NCBI GenBank assembly: GCA_964624585.1
Contig: CAZUXE010000009.1
Span: forward strand, 744-64,743
Reading direction: 5' to 3'
DNA length: 64,000 nucleotides
Source: an uncultured bacterium
GTDB lineage: Bacteria > Hydrothermota > Tepidihabitantia > B3-TA06
Part shown: positions 1 to 9,057 of the stretch, piece by piece
Layout: every line of letters starts with the position of its first letter
Position numbering within the stretch: position 1 is the stretch's first letter
The notes under the pieces: generated by a model
Told to the model about the DNA's origin: nothing
Database searches by the model: none
The model's input: only the letters and a program-made list of their open reading frames with translations
Translations under genes and position numbers: made by a program

Positions 1-640
1 ACGTTCCTTTGATCGCTTTTACAAGCGCGGCGTAGTCTGTGGAATGGAAAAGAGCCGAGCCAACTATCAGGATGTCAGCGCCTGCATCGCGCACCGCTGG
101 AGCCGTATTAGGGTTCAAACCGCCATCAACCGCTATTGGCAGGTTAAGCTTCTGACGCTGAATTTCACGTTTCAAGGTATCTATGCGAAACAGGGTTTCA
201 GGAATAAACTTCTGTCCGCCAAACCCCGGATAAACACTCATCAAAAGCACCTGCGAAAGTTGGGGCAATATGGGGTAGACACTTTCAAGCATGGTATCAG
301 GATTTAAGGTTACGCCTATGGGTTTACCTATTTTGAGAAGATTAGGCAAGGTGTCTTTATCTGCAACTTCAATATGGTAGAGTATTTCATCTGCACCGGT
401 TTCTGCAAATCTGGGAGCGTATTTGCAAGGGTCGATAATCATCAAATGCGCACGCAAAGGTAGAGGGGTTAAGTTTCGTATGTGTTTTGTTACCGGCGGG
501 CCAAAGCTGATATTGGGAACAAAATGACCGTCCATTACATCCAAGTGAAAAGCGTCAACACCTGCCGCCTCAGCCGCGGCTATCTCTTCTGCAAGGCGCG
601 CAAAATCGCAATTTAGAATAGAAGCAGAAAACTGAACCAT
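1..640 (-). CDS. rpe: ribulose-phosphate 3-epimerase, C-terminally truncated by the window edge; ATG at 640 on the minus strand
   Basis: Manual translation from 640 downward gives MVQFSASILNCDF...HLDVMDGHFVPNISFGP...MSVYPGFGGQKF...VDGG, a typical Rpe; AGGAAGG RBS upstream; the ORF track only shows a spurious antisense ORF at 44..307. Confidence 0.85.
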   Translation of the reverse strand, partial: MVQFSASILNCDFARLAEEIAAAEAAGVDAFHLDVMDGHFVPNISFGPPVTKHIRNLTPLPLRAHLMIIDPCKYAPRFAETGADEILYHIEVADKDTLPNLLKIGKPIGVTLNPDTMLESVYPILPQLSQVLLMSVYPGFGGQKFIPETLFRIDTLKREIQRQKLNLPIAVDGGLNPNTAPAVRDAGADILIVGSALFHSTDYAALVKAIKGT

Positions 641-692
641 TATACCTTCCTGTAGCTATTTGCTTAACTTAGATTGAACTAGGGTAAAGAAC

Positions 693-1448
693 TCAGGGTT
701 CTTTGCCAACGGTAACGTGGATGCTGTCGCCTGCTCCAAGCAGAACACCTGCGTCTGGCGATTGCAGAACAACAATACCGCCCTTACCTTCAATAGGCAT
801 ATAGCGTAGCACGGAAACAAAAAGCGAATCGGCCTCAGCCTTTTCCTTGGCTTTCTCCAAAGTGATGTCTATAAGATTGGGTGCGGGTATGGTTTTCCCA
901 ACCGCACCAGCTGATAGGTAAAGCCGAAGTTTTGTTCCAGGTTCCACTCTTATTTCAGGATCAGGTTTTTGAGCAACTATTCGACCAGCAGGAACAGTAT
1001 CGTTTTCAACAGTATCAATAGAAGCTATCTCAAAACCCTGTCTTGCTGATAAAATTTCAGCCTGATCAAGCGTTAAACGAAGCAAATAAGGCACCCGCTT
1101 TTTTTCAGGGCCGGAAGAGATAACCAAGCGTACCAGTCTGCCCTTTTTGACCATGGCTCCTGAACGCGGTTTTTGTTCAATAACCGTCCCTTCTTCGTAG
1201 AGAGTATCAGGACGGGTTTCATCACCTGCTGCATTGAAACCTTGTTCTTGAAGGATACCTACGGCATCCTCAAGGGTAAGGCCCACAACCTCAGGTACCT
1301 TAACTTCTTGTCCCTTGCCAACAATAAGAGGCATTACTATGAAGTTGCCTATAAGCAAACCTATAGTCCCAAACACTGCAAGCCCCAAAAGAATTATTCC
1401 AATAAGGGCAAGGGTTTTTAAGGGCGACCTCTTGCGTTTTTCTTTCAT
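693..1448 (-). CDS. membrane-anchored PASTA-domain protein (N-terminal TM helix, ~3 PASTA repeats, no kinase or PBP domain)
   Basis: N-terminal hydrophobic segment LALIGIILLGLAVFGTIGLLIGNF, then repeated ~65-aa units with PASTA-like pattern (VP.V.G......A...L...G...); 4-nt ATGA overlap with the upstream PASTA gene. Confidence 0.6.
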   Translation of the reverse strand: MKEKRKRSPLKTLALIGIILLGLAVFGTIGLLIGNFIVMPLIVGKGQEVKVPEVVGLTLEDAVGILQEQGFNAAGDETRPDTLYEEGTVIEQKPRSGAMVKKGRLVRLVISSGPEKKRVPYLLRLTLDQAEILSARQGFEIASIDTVENDTVPAGRIVAQKPDPEIRVEPGTKLRLYLSAGAVGKTIPAPNLIDITLEKAKEKAEADSLFVSVLRYMPIEGKGGIVVLQSPDAGVLLGAGDSIHVTVGKEP

Positions 1449-2185
1449 TTAAGCACCGATGCCACCACCAAGTCAATCGCTGAACCGGCAGGAGCCATGC
1501 TTCCTTTAGCCGGTGTTTGCTTCATGACTGTGTTCTGATAATATTCGCTTGAAACCTGATATTTCACTTTGCCAAGTTCGAACCCGTTCTCTTTGAGTAT
1601 CCTTTTTACCTGTGAGAGCCTTTTTCCTGTAAGTTTCGGCACTTCTACCAAATCTGGCCCAAGACTTACCGTAAGGGTTACTTTAGAGCCTTTTTCCACA
1701 TCTGTTCCTGCAGCAGGGTTGGTTTCAACTATCAAATCTTCAGCAAGGGTATCGTTTTTAGAAACCACGTCTTCTACAAACAAGCCAGCGGCCTGAAGCA
1801 TATCAGAGGCTTTTAGTAAGTTCACGCCTGTTAAATTGGGGACATTCACCATTGGACGCCCCCTGCTTAAGACAACCTTAACTACCTGTCCGGGCTTAAC
1901 TGGCTCACCGGTTTTAGGTTTGTGAGAAAGTATTACACCTTCTTCTTTATCGCTTGCCTTTTCATCAACCGGAAGGATTACGAATTTATACTTAGATGAA
2001 AAGGTTTCCGCTTTCTGAACGTTCATTCCGATAAGGTTTGGCATTGGTATAGTGCGCTGCGCCAGAAAAACAGGGATGTTTAATCCAATTGTTACCAACG
2101 CTGAAACTAAAAGCGCAACACCTGCCGAGGTTAGAATAATTGTCCAGATACTTGAGTTTTCTTTATTATGACTATGTTCATTCAT
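1445..2185 (-). CDS. membrane-anchored PASTA-domain protein, paralog of 693..1448
   Basis: TM segment WTIILTSAGVALLVSALVTIGLNI, then repeats such as VPNLIGMNVQKAE, VPNLTGVNLLKASDMLQAAGL, VPKLTGKRLSQVKRILKENGFELG, typical of PASTA units. Confidence 0.6.
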   Translation of the reverse strand: MNEHSHNKENSSIWTIILTSAGVALLVSALVTIGLNIPVFLAQRTIPMPNLIGMNVQKAETFSSKYKFVILPVDEKASDKEEGVILSHKPKTGEPVKPGQVVKVVLSRGRPMVNVPNLTGVNLLKASDMLQAAGLFVEDVVSKNDTLAEDLIVETNPAAGTDVEKGSKVTLTVSLGPDLVEVPKLTGKRLSQVKRILKENGFELGKVKYQVSSEYYQNTVMKQTPAKGSMAPAGSAIDLVVASVLK

Positions 2186-2200
2186 ATTTCGGCCCTCCAG

Positions 2201-2950
2201 TTAGTCTTCTTTTTCTTTCCAATCACCTGTTGTAAAAACTCTATACGCACATACGGTTCTTGCGACAGGTGCGGATGTGTCGGATACTTTAATTTCAAAT
2301 ACATAATTTTCTCTTGGAAATAGTTTTTCTTTTTTTACCCGCACAAATAAATCTTTATTAAGGTCTCTAACGGATACCTTTTTCTTGAGGATTAATTTTC
2401 CGGCGGGAACGGGAACCAATTCCTCAAGCAACATAAGTTTAGCATCACAATTAGCACTGCATTTACTTGGCTTCCAGCTAAGAACAAAGCCCTTATCTAC
2501 TGGTGATATAGTATCGGCTATATCAAAACTAATCCCCTTAAGCGCTGTAAACGCAAAACTGTCAATACCATAGAGACGACCATCTTTCATAAGCAAAGAA
2601 AGACGATATCTAAAAGTATCATTAACAGCTTTTTGCATAACTTCAGGATCTCTAAAGCTCATTTCTTTTGCGACAGGACTTATGGTATCTATTACCAAAT
2701 AACGTCCACTGAGAAATTTTTCAACTATAACTGATGCACCATCTATTTCAGGCAATCCCTTCCAGCTAAAGTTAACTGTAACATAAGCGCTATCTGAACC
2801 TTGGTTAAGAGAAACACTTTTTGTAACAACTTCTCCACCAACAAGCTTAACGCTATAATGAGGTTCATCAACCTTATCGCAGCCGGATGTTATAAGTAAC
2901 ACTCCTCCTGCCGCCAGCAGAAAAAAAGCTATAAGATATCGAGTCATCAA
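2201..2950 (-). CDS. hypothetical lipoprotein (signal peptide plus lipobox LITSGC)
   Basis: MMTRYLIAFFLLAAGGVLLITSGCDK; no recognisable catalytic motifs. Confidence 0.5.
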   Translation of the reverse strand: MMTRYLIAFFLLAAGGVLLITSGCDKVDEPHYSVKLVGGEVVTKSVSLNQGSDSAYVTVNFSWKGLPEIDGASVIVEKFLSGRYLVIDTISPVAKEMSFRDPEVMQKAVNDTFRYRLSLLMKDGRLYGIDSFAFTALKGISFDIADTISPVDKGFVLSWKPSKCSANCDAKLMLLEELVPVPAGKLILKKKVSVRDLNKDLFVRVKKEKLFPRENYVFEIKVSDTSAPVARTVCAYRVFTTGDWKEKED

Positions 2951-2992
2951 TATCCTCCTTAGTGCTAATAGATAATCTTACCTGTATTTATG

Positions 2993-3214
2993 CTATATGT
3001 CAAGTGAAAAAACTTTATTACGGGAATGTTCGCCTCTAAGGATTTTTATTCTATTTGTGGGAATATTGAGGTGTTTTGCCAATAGTTTAATTACTTCTTT
3101 GTTTGCCTTACCCTTTTCAGGTGGAGAATGAACCCATACTTTATACGAATCCTTGCTTTCTTCTGCAACCTTCTGTCGTGACGACTTTGGTATAACCTTA
3201 ACTGTTATCTCCAT
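2993..3214 (-). CDS. DUF167/YggU-family small protein
   Basis: 73 aa, pattern KVIPKSSR..V....KD..KV.V.SPPEKGKAN.E.IK.LAK.L....I.I..G..S..K resembles the UPF0235 family. Confidence 0.5.
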   Translation of the reverse strand: MEITVKVIPKSSRQKVAEESKDSYKVWVHSPPEKGKANKEVIKLLAKHLNIPTNRIKILRGEHSRNKVFSLDI

Positions 3215-3312
3215 ATTATATTATGATTTGCGCATTTTCAGACGCTTATTGAATTGGTTTACCTTAAAGGTAAGGGATAAAGGTGAAAATCTGAAAAGCT
3301 TAAGAGAGCGTT

Positions 3313-4104
3313 TCATTGAGTTAAGGTGGTTTTTTTACGAATACCGCGTGCGCTTTTGTTTATAAAACTTGTAAACTCAAGGGTTAAAGGTGAAGCCGCT
3401 TCATCAGGACTAAGGGAGGCTAAGGCATCGGCAATACAGCGGTTATCACGATAGGCTAAGCGGTAAATTTTATCAATTAAGGCCTGTTCGATTGGGGAGA
3501 ATCCTGCCCGCTTCAAACCCACTTTGTTAATTCCGGCAACAAGGAATGGATGACCTGAACCTAGGAGATAAGGCGGTAAATCTTGACTAAGATAGGAATG
3601 CGCCCCAAGCATTGCTAGTTTACCGATGCGTACAAATTGATGCACTCCGCTAAGTCCTCCTATAAACGCAGCTTCGTCAACATGCACATGACCAGCTAAC
3701 TGCGTTGCATTGGCTACTGTAACTTTATTGCCTATACGGCAGTTATGTGAAATATGCACGTATGCCATAATGTAGGCTGAGTTGCCTATAATTGTTACTT
3801 CACCTTCACCTGTTGCGCGATGGACGGTTGCAAACTCTCGTAAGGTTACGTTATTTCCAATACTTACACCGCTTTGCTCTCCTTGAAAATTACTGTCTTG
3901 CGGTTCTCCTCCTAGTACAGCATATTCCCCTATAAAACAATTCTTGCCTATGTTTACCTGCGACTTTATTATACAATGAGGCATAAGCTTCGTACCTTCA
4001 CCAATTACAACATTAGCTTCCACAACGGCATAGGAACCAATCTCTACATTGTTGGCGATCTGCGATTGGGGCGAAACTACAGCTGTAGGATGTATATTAG
4101 ACAA
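3313..4104 (-). CDS. lpxA: acyl-ACP--UDP-N-acetylglucosamine O-acyltransferase
   Basis: Left-handed beta-helix hexapeptide repeats; IHPTAVV...IG..VVIG..T.L..H; position at the end of the lpxD-lpxC-fabZ-lpxA cluster. Confidence 0.85.
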   Translation of the reverse strand: MSNIHPTAVVSPQSQIANNVEIGSYAVVEANVVIGEGTKLMPHCIIKSQVNIGKNCFIGEYAVLGGEPQDSNFQGEQSGVSIGNNVTLREFATVHRATGEGEVTIIGNSAYIMAYVHISHNCRIGNKVTVANATQLAGHVHVDEAAFIGGLSGVHQFVRIGKLAMLGAHSYLSQDLPPYLLGSGHPFLVAGINKVGLKRAGFSPIEQALIDKIYRLAYRDNRCIADALASLSPDEAASPLTLEFTSFINKSARGIRKKTTLTQ

Positions 4105-4206
4105 TGGGCACTTTCCTTGATAGATTGATGAACAATACTATTCTATCCTTAGTGTCTTGTTTCTAAAAAAAAGACGAGGGATATAACATTAAAGCGTACC
4201 TTAAAT

Positions 4207-4665
4207 TCAATTTGTTTCGTTGTTTGGAAATAATCCGACAAGAAGAGTAGCGGTAGCTACAACTTCACCTTCAACCATTGCTTCAACTTCCATTTTCGCT
4301 TGTTCGGTTGAAGTGGAGTTTCTGTGGAAAGTCATTTTAGCGTGCATTTCCAGTTTATCACCCGGACGAACCCCACGACGAAAACGAACCTTGTCTACGC
4401 CCATAAAAAACATATTTCGTTTTTCAACTTCTTCACGATTACCTACTATAATAATTCCTGAAAGTTGAGCCATTGCCTCAATAATCAATACCCCTGGCAT
4501 TACCGGGTATTGAGGGAAATGTCCCTGGAAGAATGGTTCGTTTACAGTTACATTTTTATATCCCCAAACTTCCTTTTCTTCAAGCCTGGTAACCCTGTCT
4601 ATCATCAAGAAGGGATAACGATGATGAATCTTGGAGCGAATCCAATCTATGTCGTAATTCATACT
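4207..4665 (-). CDS. fabZ: 3-hydroxyacyl-ACP dehydratase FabZ; ORF track extends to 4728 but the conserved N-terminus starts at MNYDIDWI, ATG ~4665
   Basis: HRYPFLMIDRV, FFQGHFP..PVMPGVL.IEAMAQ hot-dog motifs. Confidence 0.8.
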   Translation of the reverse strand, partial: SMNYDIDWIRSKIHHRYPFLMIDRVTRLEEKEVWGYKNVTVNEPFFQGHFPQYPVMPGVLIIEAMAQLSGIIIVGNREEVEKRNMFFMGVDKVRFRRGVRPGDKLEMHAKMTFHRNSTSTEQAKMEVEAMVEGEVVATATLLVGLFPNNETN

Positions 4666-5449
4666 CACTCTCCTTACTAATAAGTTTAATGGCTTTGTGC
4701 GTTTCGCTGTGTCCCGTTCCGAATGCAATTATACGCACTAAAGGTCGTATGCCTAGTACTGCCAAATCGCCAATTAAATCAAGCACTTTGTGGCGAAGCA
4801 TTTCATTGCGAAAACGGAAAGGATAGGGCAAATTTAATTCCCCGCTTTTTTTTATCTCAAAGGGATAACGGAAATGTGGAAAACTTCCAGAGGCAAAAGT
4901 CCTTGCCGGAGCAATCTCTTCTGCAAATATGTCCTCCAAGTTACTGAACTTCAACAGCTTAAGCCCTTTGTGCTTGAAAGCGAAAAAGATTGTAAGTTGC
5001 TGTGCCGGAGAAATATGCATCCATTTTCCATTATTCATAATAAGTAATGAGTCTTTAGGTTTCAGATGCCTTCGCTCGGCATTTTGATTAAGTAAGCCAA
5101 CCCTTTGAATTTGCGTAACATAGGGCAAGGCGCTTCCGTCAAAGAAAGGTAGTTCATTGCCATAAACGTCTACAATTGCGTTATCTACACCCATTCCCCA
5201 AAGAGCAGAAAGTAAATGTTCTACAAATTTTAACTCATAACCATTGGCAGAAATTACTACCCTGTGCAGGCTTACAGTAGCATTATTGGGTTCAAGCGGC
5301 AGCACGGTTTTTCTTCCATTTTTGACATATCGGAGTATAATTCCTGTATTCTTTTCAGCCGGATGTATCTTGACCTTTGTGGAAGTGCCTGTCCATAGGG
5401 TATTACCTTCAATACAGAAGGATTTATTAAGGGTTTTTTGACTAAACAT
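4580..5449 (-). CDS. lpxC: UDP-3-O-acyl-N-acetylglucosamine deacetylase; 3' end overlaps fabZ in a different frame
   Basis: 289 aa with the C-terminal GTGHSETHKA zinc/active-site histidine region typical of LpxC; cluster context. Confidence 0.8.
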   Translation of the reverse strand: MFSQKTLNKSFCIEGNTLWTGTSTKVKIHPAEKNTGIILRYVKNGRKTVLPLEPNNATVSLHRVVISANGYELKFVEHLLSALWGMGVDNAIVDVYGNELPFFDGSALPYVTQIQRVGLLNQNAERRHLKPKDSLLIMNNGKWMHISPAQQLTIFFAFKHKGLKLLKFSNLEDIFAEEIAPARTFASGSFPHFRYPFEIKKSGELNLPYPFRFRNEMLRHKVLDLIGDLAVLGIRPLVRIIAFGTGHSETHKAIKLISKESEYELRHRLDSLQDSSSLSLLDDRQGYQA

Positions 5450-6419
5450 CCTTAAAAAACCTGGCTTGCGCCTTTAGTGTCTGCCTATGAGGTCGAGCAG
5501 GTATACCGGAAATAACGGTTCCTTCAGATATGTCCTTAAATACCGCAGACTTAGCTAAAACCACCACTCCCTTCCCAAGCGAAATGTGATCTTTTATGCC
5601 TACTTGACCAGCAAGAACCACTCCGTCAGCAAGAATTGAGGAACCGGCTATTCCACATTGACCGGCAATAAGACAATTTTTGCCAATTTGTACATTATGG
5701 GCAATGTGTACCAAGTTATCTATTTTCGTCCCTTTACCTATTCTGGTTTCACCTAAAACGCCCCTGTCAATACAAACCCCTGCTCCTATTTCAACATTAT
5801 CTTCTATAACTACATTACCTAAGTGAGGGATATGGTGATGCTCTCCATGTTCATCAGTAACGTAACCAAAGCCTTCAGAACCAATTACGGATCCAGCGCC
5901 TATTTTTACGTTAGAGCCGATAATACATCCAGCAAGGATGCCTACATTAGGACCTATGATGCTGGAATGCCCAATGTGGACATTCGGCCCAATGTAGCTG
6001 AAAGGTAATACTTTAACCGATGAATCCAAAAAAGCGGACTTGGCGATATGTATATTTTTATAAGAATTTTCATTTGAAGATTTATCCAAACATAAGTTAT
6101 TTGAGGAACAACCACTTGCTTCTTCTGTATCAAGATTGAAAGGAAAATCCTTAAACAAACAATTCAGAATTTTTACCCAGGCCAAACGGACATTTTTTAC
6201 AACTATAATGGATTTTGCAGTAGAAGAATGAGGAGCGAGAATCGCTATAACACAGCCTGCCTTCACAAACTTAAGTTTGGTTTCATCATTACCGTCATAA
6301 AAGGTCAAGTCCGTTAACTTAGCTTCGTTTAAGGACTTAACTCCCGTTAGGATAGTATCCTTTGCACCAATAAGCTTTCCAGCAAGAAAATCTGCCAATT
6401 TTTTGGAGGTAATTTTCAT
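5442..6419 (-). CDS. lpxD: UDP-3-O-acylglucosamine N-acyltransferase
   Basis: N-terminal LpxD domain followed by hexapeptide-repeat beta-helix (IGPNVHIGHSSIIGPNVGILAGCIIGSNVKIGAGSVIG...); follows skp. Confidence 0.85.
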   Translation of the reverse strand: MKITSKKLADFLAGKLIGAKDTILTGVKSLNEAKLTDLTFYDGNDETKLKFVKAGCVIAILAPHSSTAKSIIVVKNVRLAWVKILNCLFKDFPFNLDTEEASGCSSNNLCLDKSSNENSYKNIHIAKSAFLDSSVKVLPFSYIGPNVHIGHSSIIGPNVGILAGCIIGSNVKIGAGSVIGSEGFGYVTDEHGEHHHIPHLGNVVIEDNVEIGAGVCIDRGVLGETRIGKGTKIDNLVHIAHNVQIGKNCLIAGQCGIAGSSILADGVVLAGQVGIKDHISLGKGVVVLAKSAVFKDISEGTVISGIPARPHRQTLKAQARFFKDV

Positions 6420-6475
6420 CTCAGCAGAAAGTATCTGGCTGTTCCAGGAAACTATGCATATTCATGTAGGAAGAG

Positions 6476-7447
6476 CTATTTTGCTTCCGCAATTAAATTA
6501 GCCTGAAGTTTCGCGACAGCGTCACTTACTGTTTGACTAAGGAGTGCGCGTTCCTTTTCAGGGACTCTGGTTTCCACAAGCGGATAGGTAATTCTTTTTT
6601 TGGAATTTATCAGCTGCAGCTTGATGACAATTTCTCCATTTTGTGTTTGCACCGTTCCGAAGTAAGCGTAATCGGCTCCGGCAGCTTGACTAATATTATG
6701 TGCTGTCCCCGGTGTGAGTTCTCTACTCATAGATTCGCCGTATTGATTGAGTATCTGTTTAACCTCGTCATCTTTTATAACCGTATAATTGAGATCAGTT
6801 TCAAAACTTTTTACCGTTCTTAGCACATACTCTCTAACCTTGATATCAAGGCTATCTGTTTGCGACCGTTGATCTAATGCGGCAATTCCAAAAACTGCGA
6901 CTTGTTTTTTGAAAGTCGGCGCAGTGGTTGCGTACTCACGATTTAACTCTTTCAAAACAGTGGAGGTCATGTTCAAAGTAACATCTGCATAAAGAATATT
7001 ACCGTCAGCTATATCTAACACAATATCAATACCATCTTCTGTAGCCAGTTGTTCAATTACTTTAGTCATTTTATCAATAACCGGAGCAAAAAGCTCGTTA
7101 TGTTTTTTGTCTATTTTACCGCCTTTACCCCAAATATCTTTGGCAAAGGTTTCGTATTGTTTGCGCAATGCGAATAACTCGTTTTGCCTCGCCCTGAAAG
7201 CGTCTTTGGAAAGCATAGGCTGTTGAGCCTTAAATTCCGTTTCGGCTTCGCGGTAAGTTACTTTTAATGAATCCAGTTCGTGTTTCCATTGATTTATTGA
7301 CTGCTGTAATGTAGCTCTGGCGATTTCTGCATCCTTATATTCCTTAAGGATTTTATCGGAATCAACGAAGGCTACCTTGGTTTGAGCGTGGGCGCTTGCA
7401 AACAGGACAAGGATGCCTAAGAAAATAGCTGCGTTTTTATACCCCAT
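6476..7447 (-). CDS. skp: OmpH/Skp-family periplasmic chaperone with an additional ~160-aa C-terminal domain of unknown function
   Basis: Signal peptide, then a coiled-coil-rich K/E/Q region typical of OmpH (KVAFVDSDKILKEYKDAE...); classic position upstream of lpxD; C-terminal half is not OmpH-like. Confidence 0.65.
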   Translation of the reverse strand: MGYKNAAIFLGILVLFASAHAQTKVAFVDSDKILKEYKDAEIARATLQQSINQWKHELDSLKVTYREAETEFKAQQPMLSKDAFRARQNELFALRKQYETFAKDIWGKGGKIDKKHNELFAPVIDKMTKVIEQLATEDGIDIVLDIADGNILYADVTLNMTSTVLKELNREYATTAPTFKKQVAVFGIAALDQRSQTDSLDIKVREYVLRTVKSFETDLNYTVIKDDEVKQILNQYGESMSRELTPGTAHNISQAAGADYAYFGTVQTQNGEIVIKLQLINSKKRITYPLVETRVPEKERALLSQTVSDAVAKLQANLIAEAK

Positions 7448-7630
7448 AGCCTAAACTTTAAGAAAGAGTTGCCATTTGTCAACCTCTCTTAAAGTAGTTG
7501 TTTGTCTGGAATAGGCAAATGTATTTTGTAGAGTATGACAAGTCTAATTGTTGGGATTGCAATATTAGCGAAAAACAGAAAGAAAACAGGCGGTTATAGT
7601 CGCGAAACGCTGATTTTGATATTATTAAGG

Positions 7631-8095
7631 TTATTCCTCTGTTAATTCATGAAAGATAACTAAACCGTAGTGAGCAACAGAGTATTCTTCATTGAACTTA
7701 TAAACAAGCAACTCTACCATGTAATTTCCGGTTGCTGAAGGTTCAATTATAATTGTCGGTTGGTTATCTTCCTCTTCATCACGTTTAATTTCAATCCATT
7801 CGCCATCCACATCTTTGTAGATAATTATATCCAGGTCTTTTACTCGCCAGTCGCCAAAAGCGGTAACGCCGTATGTCCATCCTTTGTAAAGAGTACGGGT
7901 GTAGGTAACGCCATCTTCGCCTATAATATCAGCGTGCAGATGCACAATTTCCTGCGAAAGAGAATCTTCAAGATAGGTGACGTAGGCCGACATATCAAGC
8001 ATTATGTCTTTCATGGTTGTGCCTTCATCAGCTTTAAGAATGCCCGGCGCAAAAATGAGAGCGGCAAACCCGATTAACGCAAGTTTTTTTGTCAT
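7631..8095 (-). CDS. hypothetical secreted protein (signal peptide); start placed at MTKKL, preceded by an AGGAGG RBS
   Basis: MTKKLALIGFAALIFAPGILKA signal peptide; strong SD caggaggaaccATG on the minus strand. Confidence 0.5.
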   Translation of the reverse strand: MTKKLALIGFAALIFAPGILKADEGTTMKDIMLDMSAYVTYLEDSLSQEIVHLHADIIGEDGVTYTRTLYKGWTYGVTAFGDWRVKDLDIIIYKDVDGEWIEIKRDEEEDNQPTIIIEPSATGNYMVELLVYKFNEEYSVAHYGLVIFHELTEE

Positions 8096-8276
8096 GGTTC
8101 CTCCTGATATTTTTAACAATTGCCCTGTAAGCAACTATACTTTACTATAAGGAAAAATTTGTTAGAATCAAGCTATTCGCTTTTAATTGTCAGGTAAATG
8201 CCCTATTGACAATTGGAGTAAGATATATATTATTTCCGCAAGGGAGGTTGGAAAGTTTTAAGTAAGGAGACGCTTA

Positions 8277-8948
8277 ATGTCGATTAAAATGGAGCCCACC
8301 GTTTTTCAATTTCCGCATTCGCGGATATATGATTTTTATACCAGGGTTTTTTTCCTCAAAGTCTATGAACAGTTTGCGAGGTGGATTCCGGTTAAAAATC
8401 CTAAAGGAAAAGTGCTTGATGTAGGCGCTGCCGCAGGGTATTTGGGTGTGGCTTTAGCTAAAATGTATCCCGAATTACAGGTTTATTCCACCGATATTTC
8501 TGCAGATATGGTATATTTAAACAAAAAAGTGATACATCAAAACAATCTTAAAGACAGGGTGTTCGCGCATCGTGAAGATGCCTACAATTTGACCTATGAA
8601 GACGATACTTTTGATCTCGTAATTAATTCATTTACATTCCACCATTGGGATAATCCAAAACGAATGTTTAATGAAATTTATAGAGTTACAAAACCTGGCG
8701 GTGAGCTGTTTATTATTGACGGGAAAAAAGGTTTTGATAAAAGTGAAGTCCAGGATTTCTGTCGTACGGTGGGTTTTGGTCCGTTAGGGAAATTTCTTGC
8801 TCGTATAATGGCTCGTCTGGTATGGGTGGATTTTGTAAGCGCCGAATATGCTAGTGCTGTGTTGGAAAAGTCGATTTTTACCAATCCTATTTGTGAAGAC
8901 ACCGGCTTGTTCATGTTTTTGAAGGGATTTAAGCCAACAACAGCATAG
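8277..8948 (+). CDS. class I SAM-dependent methyltransferase (Methyltransf_11/25-like)
   Basis: VLDVGAAAGYLGV (motif I), DLVINSFTFHHW, PGGELFI; AAGGAG RBS. Confidence 0.7.
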   Translation: MSIKMEPTVFQFPHSRIYDFYTRVFFLKVYEQFARWIPVKNPKGKVLDVGAAAGYLGVALAKMYPELQVYSTDISADMVYLNKKVIHQNNLKDRVFAHREDAYNLTYEDDTFDLVINSFTFHHWDNPKRMFNEIYRVTKPGGELFIIDGKKGFDKSEVQDFCRTVGFGPLGKFLARIMARLVWVDFVSAEYASAVLEKSIFTNPICEDTGLFMFLKGFKPTTA

Positions 8949-9057
8949 ATAGTTTTATAAAACATCTTTAGAGTACAATTTTTGAATGTGGCTAAGGCGC
9001 CTATCTAAATATTCATAAAACTAATTTTAACTGGTTATCTAAATTAGATACTAAAGA

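Noticed and set aside
44-307. 87-aa ORF on the plus strand
   Set aside because: It lies antisense inside the clearly recognisable rpe coding region and has no motifs.
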